A DNA stretch of 64,000 nt from Macrostomum lignano (Eukaryota), in assembly GCA_002269645.1 (NCBI GenBank), contig NIVC01000132.1, forward strand, positions 186,001 to 250,000. The letters run 5' to 3'. Positions 55,986 through 64,000 of the stretch are shown piece after piece (the first letter of the stretch is position 1; each line of letters starts with the position of its first letter). The notes under the pieces are model-generated. The model worked only from the letters and a program-made list of their open reading frames with translations, had not been told where the DNA came from and ran no database searches. Both the position numbers and the translations under genes were made by a program.

Positions 55986-57253
55986 CAACAGTGGTTCTTG
56001 GTTGAAACTGCACCTTTTTGACTTTAAAATCGTAAAAAATAACCGCGGACTTTACTAGTTTTTTAAAACTACCAGGCCAATGCTATATCAGATATAAGGA
56101 TTGCGCAATGTGAGAAGTAACGCTGAGACTAATAAGAATATTGCAGTTACAAGTCGCGATGGGTCGGGAAGAAAATTGAAGCTGCTGTTCAAACCAAGAC
56201 GACCTTTCTTCAGTTGTAAGCGTACTTAATTATTTAGTATCGAAAAATGTCATATTTTTCTCACTAAACCCTGGCCTAACCCTCAAACGTTGGCACAGTT
56301 TTGCTCCTAGGATATAAAAACAAAATAAATGATTGGAACCATTCAAACAGGGAGAAATTGGTCTAAAAGCCGAAGCTAGCAAATAAAATTCAATTGAAAA
56401 GTATTTGTATTAATTTTAAAGAACACAATCAACACCATTTTTTATATATTCAAACATTCTTTCATAAATTACTGGGCCCGCTATAGCCGGTCGCCGCTAG
56501 CGCTAGCTACGCTGCTGCTAGCCTAGCCCGCCTACACGAACATTGTGGGGGTAGCTTTATTTTTCTGTTGGTCTGTTGCATTAATAAGTGCAATAGGCGT
56601 ACTACTTTGGTTGAATAGCACTGCTGTTTTTTTCGACTAGGCCTACCTGTCTTTTGTGTTAATATTTCTACATGACTAGGCCTACATATTTCCTTCTACA
56701 TTCTACATCTACATTTTTCTACATATTTCTACATACATTATGTATCATACATGTCTGATGAGATTGACAACGAGTCAATGACAACTCGGCCTGCCTAGTC
56801 CTATTATATATATATATATTATTATATAATAATATTATATTATTAATGTAAATATGTTATGGATTGGTGGTCACAGTTGTAGGGCCCAGTTGATTGGCTT
56901 AATTTAATCTTGGATCTGACATAACTAAGATAGGGCCCTACTGTTTTTGCATGAAAATAACAAGTTATCAGCCACGTGGCATATTTTTGTCATACCTAGC
57001 TAAGCCAAGGTATCCTATTCTTAGGGTATACTGCAATCCTAGAATTGAAATTTTTCATGAGTATGTAACATATCTAAGTAGGTAATTTAAAAGTAAACAA
57101 TTTCATATTTACTTTATATCTGCTGTATTTGTATTATAATATCTGTATTATATTTATCTTTTACTATACTCTTTACTATATGTATTTATATAATTTTGTA
57201 TAATTGTTTTATAATATAGTATAGTTTTGTTTTAATAAACAACATGCTTGGAT

Positions 57254-57404
57254 GCAACCTAGGGATTCACCTGGCCATTTCTATTGACAACACACACATG
57301 TGTAAGTTGCTATTGGACGGAATAGTAGTCACGTGATTGCTCTCAGCCAATAGCAACTTACATAGTGTTGCCAATAGAAATGGCCGAGTGATTCCCAAGG
57401 TTGC
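57254..57404. repeat. ~150-bp near-perfect palindrome (foldback / MITE-like) centred on CACGTG
   Basis: gcaacctagggattcacctggccatttctattgacaacac pairs with gtgttgccaatagaaatggccgagtgattcccaaggttgc. Inner arms tgtaagttgctattgg (57301-57316) and ccaatagcaacttaca (57347-57362) are perfect. Confidence 0.9.
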
Positions 57405-59184
57405 GCATATGTGATAAACAATATCAATTAATATATAATAAATTGTCAACGATTCACTTGTAAGAGTTTGGTGCTCTGATTTGGCACCATTGACTGAAAA
57501 TTCAAGTGTTAGCTTCGGCTATTCATTTATTATAAGTAATCACCTTTGTTGGTGCAATTTTGGACTTGGCCTGCAAACTTGGTTTTTATTAATTTTTATA
57601 TAACTTTTTTACCTAACAAATTTCTATGCCCAATAGCCAATCTATCATTTTTAGCTTTTTTATCCATTATCAATTGATCAAATAATAGGGCCTATAGCTA
57701 AATAGCTAAAAACCCTTATAACAATGCTTAAAAAGATAATTATAGATCTAAAATATATGGTTAAAGTTAAACTACAGAAAAACATTTTTGCCATTTTCAT
57801 TATAACCAGTACCTTTAATAATTTAGGCCTATTTTTCTTTTTAGAGTAGACATAATTTAGTATACAAAAGTTATTTCAAAACAGAAAGGAACAAAGCTAA
57901 GCCTAACCTATTAAAAAAGTAAAAATAATAATATAAAAATCATATCAATTCATTTGTTAAAAATTGAAAATTTGCCTAGCTTATTAAAACTTTGCTTTGC
58001 ATTTTCTAATGATTTAAAAATACAAAACACATTTATTTGTATCTAAACCCTACTCTTAAATCTTATATATATACACTAGATAATTGTGCCACAGAGCCAC
58101 TATATAGTGTAGCTATTGTTATACAAAAGACCAAAATATTGTAATGGTCAGTCCTTTATTGTTGAAACACAAAAATGTCCTTTATTGTTGCAATGCTTTT
58201 TTAATAATGTCTAGTATATATATATCACAAGTAAATTTGTTTTTTGGTATAAACTTGAATTTATGGTACAGGGATCACTTTTTCTGACTCTGGGTAAAAT
58301 TGTCATATTCAAGATTGTCATATGCAGGTTACAAAAAAACAACTAATTTATCTAAATTGTCATCATCTTTGCATTTAGACCATGCTAGATTCACTAAATT
58401 ATCATATTATGTTTTATTGGCTATGCAAGGATCTTGGCTCTCATATAATAGCAAAATGTTCTTGTTTGCCAACAAAATGATTTTCAACTTTTAATTATAT
58501 TCATACCATCCACTTAAAAGATGTGAAGCCTTGGATTAATTCCTATATTAATTAAAGTTAATAGTCTTGCTGAATTTCAAAGTTTAACTAGGAATGAATA
58601 ATAGAAAGATTATGTTGTAACAGTTTGATAACTAAAATTAGAAGCAGATATATTTTTAAACTTCAATAAAGATATTATTCCTTAGCTATTATAAAAATGT
58701 GCTTTAAAATTAATTTATTTTAGGCCTAGGGTCCTATGTTATTTTGTTTAATTTGGCTTTAATTCTAAGAAATTTGACATTTTTCATATTCAAATGGTAA
58801 AGTCTTATAGATTGGCCAAGTTGTCATCATCATATGACAATTTAGAATATGATGATTTCAACCATACCCTCTTTTCCAATGTACGTTGTAACAGATTTGA
58901 GTGTAAGATCTAAAGTGTTTTTTTGAGTATCATAGTTAAAAGTCATTTTATAAAAAAATGACATTGTTATCATCTCAATGAAAGCCAGATAAATAGGGTT
59001 ATTTTTCAATCAAAAGTTTTCTCTATAAAAAGTATTGTTTTCTCTTTCAAGTTTTATATTTGCTTTTTATTTTATGTAAATGCATTATAGAGTTATTAAT
59101 TTGTAAAAACCTAATTTTTAATAATTAAATTTTGCCTTGTTTTTACATTAGCAAGTCATAGGATCCTCACTGAAGTGTTTACAT

Positions 59185-59394
59185 TTAGCAAAAGAGCAAA
59201 CATCAAACCAAACATTTAGGGCAAAAATCTTCAGGGCAAACATTTAATTTAAATTGATTAAATCAATTTAATTTAAATACATTCTTGTTTCTATTTTCGA
59301 TAATTTGTTTGCCCTGAAGATGTCTGCTTTGGACGAAATGCGTCGGCAGTTTAAATAGATTAAATGTTAGTTTTGATGTTTGCTCTTTTGCTAA
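59185..59394. mobile_element. Inverted-repeat remnant, probably a Penelope-like element pLTR in inverted arrangement
   Basis: 59185-59207 is the exact reverse complement of 59372-59394, and 59227-59242 of 59306-59321. The right arm contains a hammerhead core; the left arm lacks most of it. Confidence 0.6.
59309..59349 (+). ncRNA. Minimal type I hammerhead ribozyme (Penelope-type)
   Basis: UUGCC [stem I] CUGAAGA U GUCU-gcuuu-GGAC [stem II] GAAA UGCG U C [cleavage site GUC, 59342-59344] GGCAG [stem I partner]. All core nucleotides are in place. Confidence 0.72.
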
Positions 59395-60014
59395 TTTTAA
59401 AGCAAGCTACATTACCACTGTTTACATTTAAATATTAATATATTTAGTAAAACATAGATTCTACTATTAGCTTTTTTGAATCTAAATATTTTTAGCTTGT
59501 CTTCAATTGATTAATAAACAATAGCAAATGGCAATTTGCAACTGAATTTAGTGCCTTAGGTGCCAGTTTTGTAGCTAACAATTGGATTTATCATGATAAA
59601 AAGCTTCTAGATCAACATTGACCTCTATAGCTTGATTTCGGCTTCATAATTGCATTTTAGCCTATTTAGATTTTTATCTAGATATTAGGTATAATTTTCC
59701 TCAAAAAGGCTAAATTTGCACCTAGGATTTAATTTAGGGTAATCAAATTTTATACTTATGGGCTTTTTGTCATATGCATTTCCATTTTTTATCCTTCACA
59801 ATCCAGTAAAACTTGTCTTTTGGACTAGAATTAGTTCCTTATAGTAAATTAAAATCTTGCCAGGCAAGACTTCTAGTTTTGATTGAGAATATTTAACAGA
59901 TTGCCTTACTATTATTTGTAGCATTCAAACAAAAAGTTATTAGTTACATGTGCAAGCAATATTTTACTTTTTAAAAATCTACAAAACACGCACCAAATTG
60001 AAAATTGCAGGGCA

Positions 60015-61684
60015 ATGGGCTACATTAAGATCACCAAGACCACCGCTTATTTCAAGCGGTATCAGGTCAAGTTTAAGAGGCGTCGCCAGGGTAAAACCGA
60101 CTATTACGCCAGGAAGAGGCTGATCTGGCAGGATAAGAACAAGTACAACACGCCCAAGTACCGAATGGTTGTCCGATTCACTAACAAGGACATCATCTGC
60201 CAGATTGTCTATGCTAGAATCGAGGGCGATCACGTGATCTGCTCGGCCTACGCGCACGAGCTGCCCCGCTACGGCGTGAAGGTCGGCCTGAAGAACTACG
60301 CCTCGGCCTACGCCACCGGCCTGCTGCTGGCCAGGCGAATGATCAAGAAGCTCAAGCTGGACTCAATCTACGTTGGCAAAGAGAAGGCCGACGGCGAGGA
60401 GTTCATCGTTGAAAGCCCGGATGGTCAGCCTGGCGCGTTCCGCTGCTACCTGGACGTCGGCCTGGTGCGCACCTCCACCGGGGCGCGCGTGTTCGGCGCG
60501 CTCAAAGGCGCCGTGGACGGCGGATTGGACATCCCGCACTCGAATAAGCGCTTCCCCGGCTATAGCGCCGCTACCAAGCAGTACAGGTGAGCGTTGAATC
60601 CAACAAGCAAGGGAAGAATCGCTGAATGTCCTGACGATCTTGAATACTTGAAAGGCGACAGTTGATCCGCAGCCCATTCTGCCCCATGTGTACTTTTAGT
60701 GGTCTTATGTACTTTTAGTGGACACTCTGGAACAACGCCTTCGGCGATATCGTCCTCTATCCATCGGTGAGGCCATTCTGCACATCCCACTGACTCCTGA
60801 GCACATGCAAGCGCGCCAATACTGTACACAGACACATACACAGCTCACACAGGGTGTACAGCAGCCCTGACTTTCGAATCGTCAGGCATGTACACTCTGC
60901 AGTGCTCATAAGAGTCGCGAAAAGTCGTCCAAGAGTCGTCGTGTTGGCGCTTAACTGTCTACTAACTCTACGTAAAATAAATAGAGTTTTTATAAATGCG
61001 AAATTCGATTCCGATTCCGATACGCTTGAGAAGCAATTCAGTGATTCTACAGCAACTCTATCGCGGCCCCAGAGTCACTTGCGTCGCCCCAGAGTCGCAG
61101 ACAATAAGACGCCTCAAATTGACTTTTAGACGACTTTTAATGTGAAATCTCGTCGTTTTAAGTCGTCTAGAATCACTTTTTCCCTATTTTACCTGTGGTA
61201 CCTGCAACGACTCTGAAGCGACTCTAAAGCGACGCAAGTCTTGGCCTGGGTACCGTTTTTATTGGGTATCGATAGTCTTATTGTGTCTCAAATATTACTT
61301 TTTTATTTTCCCAACCGCAGCGCCGAAGAGCACCGCAAGAAGATCCTCGGCCTGCACGTGGCCGAGTACATGCGCTCGCTGAAGTCCGACGACGAGGAGG
61401 CCTACCAGAGGCAGTTCTCCGACTATCTGAAGAAGGGCGTCGACGAGAACAGCATCGAACAGATGTACACCAAGGCGCACGCCGCTATCCGCGCCAAGCC
61501 GGAGCCGGAGGCGCCGAAAAAGAAGGCGCCGGCCGCCGATGGCGCCAAGCCGAAGCGCTACGGCCGGAAGAAGATGTCCCGGGAGCAGAAGCGCAACCGG
61601 GTGCAGCAAAAGAAAGCCACCTTCTTGGCCAAACTGCAGGGCAACTTGGCTGGCGGCGACGCGGCTAATGAAGACGATGATTGA
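60015..61684 (+). CDS. RPL5: 60S ribosomal protein L5 (uL18), 2 coding exons
   Basis: Exon 60015-60586 ([50 protein letters not shown]...[14 protein letters not shown]) joins exon 61321-61684 ([21 protein letters not shown]...[12 protein letters not shown]) in phase 2. Confidence 0.98.
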
Positions 61685-62280
61685 ATGCCGGATTTGAGGC
61701 AGACTGGTTGAAACAATCGCTAGTGAAGTTGACCAGTCAATTAGGCTGTTCAGTCCCACTCAGTAGGATCGCCTTGGCTTGTGTTAGTTAAATATAAAAA
61801 AAGTTTTCATGGGAATTTGAGACAAAAAAGACTCCTTGGTTAAGTTTCTTGGACACAAAAAGCACTCACTGTTGTCTTTTTTTCTCTGCAGAAAGTAAAA
61901 CAGCCAGTTGTACAAGTTTAATAGCAGTTTGTTAGAAATAGCATAAGATTTCAACGCTGTTCAGTAGCTTTACGAGCTTAGAGATTCCATGATTCCAGGC
62001 AGGATTGGCTCACCGCTGGATGGGGAATGCTGTCGCCGAAGGTCTTGTTACTACGAGCGTAATTTCACAAGCTCGAAGTTTCACGTGACGAAATCAAGCC
62101 ATTTCGAGCTTGATAGCAGTAGTAGGTAGTGCATATTGCGCGTATAAGCCCAAATGAGACAGTTGTAGACATTTACATCCGAATGTGTCCTATTGGAGTC
62201 ACCATTTATGCAAAAAATGATACGATATAATAAATGCATGGAAACCCATTATGTTTTGCAGCTAAAAAATCCGAACCATA

Positions 62281-62859
62281 ATGTCTGCGAAATCGACGGC
62301 AGCAGCAACGGCTACGGATGAGGCCACCGAGAGCAGCACCGGCATCCCGGCCTGCCAGTTCATTGAAGACGTGGCTGCTTACCTGCACAGGAACGGCGAC
62401 CAGCCGGTGCAGGAGGCAATTAAGGACGCCGAGGAGCTCTATAATAAGTACAAGTTCATGGAGCAGCACTTCTCGACTAGACGGTCCCGTCTCCGACGCC
62501 AGATTCCGGATCTGTCGAACAATTTGAATGCGATCGAGTTTTTAAAATCGCGCCAAAGTAAAGAATTTACTACTTCTTTCATGCTAGCTGACAATGTCTA
62601 CGCCAAGGCGAATGTAGCCGACTGCAGCAAAGTTGGAGTTTGGCTCGGCGCCAATGTCATGCTGGAATACGACTTAACCGAGGCTGAGGCCCTGCTTAAA
62701 AAGAATTTGGACTCGGCCGAGACTAATCTGGCCGAATTGGAGAAGAATTTGGACTTTATTAAAGACCAGATCACCACGTCGGAGGTGAATATTGCCAGAT
62801 TGTACAATCACGGCGTTATGCTAACTAAGCAGGCCCGGTTGACCGGGGCGGAGGCCTGA
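62281..62859 (+). CDS. VBP1: Prefoldin subunit 3 / VHL-binding protein 1, single coding exon, 192 aa
   Basis: GIPACQFIEDV, YNKYKFME, QIPDL, FMLADNVYAKA, VGVWLGANVMLEYDLTEAEALL and DQITTSEVNIARLYN are prefoldin-3 motifs. Confidence 0.96.
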   Translation: MSAKSTAAATATDEATESSTGIPACQFIEDVAAYLHRNGDQPVQEAIKDAEELYNKYKFMEQHFSTRRSRLRRQIPDLSNNLNAIEFLKSRQSKEFTTSFMLADNVYAKANVADCSKVGVWLGANVMLEYDLTEAEALLKKNLDSAETNLAELEKNLDFIKDQITTSEVNIARLYNHGVMLTKQARLTGAEA

Positions 62860-64000
62860 AGCGAGTATTTCTTAATCTTAAAATGAAGGATAATTCAAGC
62901 AACGGTTTCCTCGCTTATATTTAGTTGCATTGTTTGACTGCGTTGGATTTGTTGGCTTGAATACGCCGTGTTGGACTATTGCTCTACTAATAGTAGCTGA
63001 GAAGAAGTAGGAGAGTGCATACGATTTTTGGTTATTTATTGTAGAAGCCTACTACTATGACTCCGACTCAACCACTGGCCAAGGCTTGCAGCTTATTTGC
63101 TAGTGTATTATAACATATTCGCGTACTAAAAGCAGCCATTAATTATAAAAAAGTTTAACTTACAACTTGGGTTTCGTCCATCTGAATTTGAATCTATCAA
63201 TAATATTGCTATTGTTAATAAAATTAAACTTATATGCTTGCTTTTCTTTAATTGAAGACTTTTTTATAAGTTTAAACCTAGAAAAGTAGTGAATCAAACA
63301 AGTTGTTGGTCTTACTTTTTATTATATTATAACACTCCTATAGATTTCGCCCGCCCCCCAAGGAGGGTAAAATGTGCTAGTCTTTGATACTAAATCTTAC
63401 GCTTTAAGTTGAGAAATATTGACAACAGACATAAGTGTCTAAGGCCAGCCAGTCTGCTTGAATAAAATAAAGCAACTAATCGAAGAAATTCTAAACACTT
63501 CAGCGCACAAACTAAAAAAGCTGGAGCAGAAATCTCAGCTAATATATAGCCCACGTACAGAACAGTGGGAGTTATTTAAATAGTTTAATTAACTTTGATC
63601 TTGTCGGCCTCAATAAAAACATCAAATTGTCTGTCATTGTTGCTGCACAATTCTTATTTTATATCATGTGTGCTCAAAATTTAAAAAAATACTGAGTTTA
63701 AAAAAAGAAAACAAAAATGGTACACAAAAAATCAACAAATTCCTAACCTATGTATAACTTTGAGATTCTCGAGGTAAAACAAAAACGCTTTAAAAATGGC
63801 ATACGTTATTCGCATTGCGGAGGTCATGAGAACAATTCAGGCTAATCTCAGCCTCCGCTGTCTGATATGCACAGTGCACAGTCGCTGGTTTAATTTGCTA
63901 TTCAATAAAAGGACTCTACACAAGAGACTCTAGAGTTCTCTAAATGAACTCTACACAATATCTCGTATGTAGTAGTAAGTTCAGTCTTTTTCAATATCCT

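Noticed and set aside
56755-56790. Second hammerhead candidate CTGATGAG-attgac-aacga-gtcaat
   Set aside because: The hairpin is followed by GACAAC instead of CGAAA, and no stem I/III or NUH site fits.
60864-60888. Minus-strand CUGACGA-UUC-GAAA-GUC
   Set aside because: No room for stems II or III; it is a simple ctgac/gtcag hairpin.

Overview
Eukaryotic (animal) genomic DNA with GC-rich exons and AT-rich introns, many of which carry their own mini- or microsatellite. The style suggests the flatworm Macrostomum; this is inferred, not proven. Genes read by hand from splice sites and translation, in order: last exon of GSTZ1 (+); intronless SPT20/SUPT20H-like (+); a 3-exon type I membrane mucin-like protein with a 63-bp VNTR and a cytoplasmic NPxY motif (+); SDCCAG8 (+); ODF2/cenexin (+). 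A pseudouridine-catabolism pair (psuG glycosidase followed by a pfkB/psuK kinase) is nested antisense inside an ODF2 intron. Then: a divergent non-RD CK1-family kinase (-); a divergent Slo1/BK channel (-); RPL5 (+); VBP1/prefoldin-3 (+). Mobile DNA: a long-TIR MITE, a tRNA-derived CORE-SINE, RTE-like and RNase H-bearing LINE fragments, an internally deleted mariner, a dispersed element carrying a GA tract, and a 150-bp foldback. Best leads: (1) psuG-psuK, either a spliced fusion or a nested dicistronic unit whose ATG-less kinase could be initiated by a spliced-leader AUG; (2) a Penelope-type minimal hammerhead ribozyme at 59309-59349 inside an inverted repeat; (3) a minisatellite built from a 5' splice site; (4) a BK channel that keeps its Ca2+ sites but has lost the Mg2+ site and S6 glycines. 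Many of the long ORF-track entries are artefacts of simple repeats or antisense shadows of real exons.
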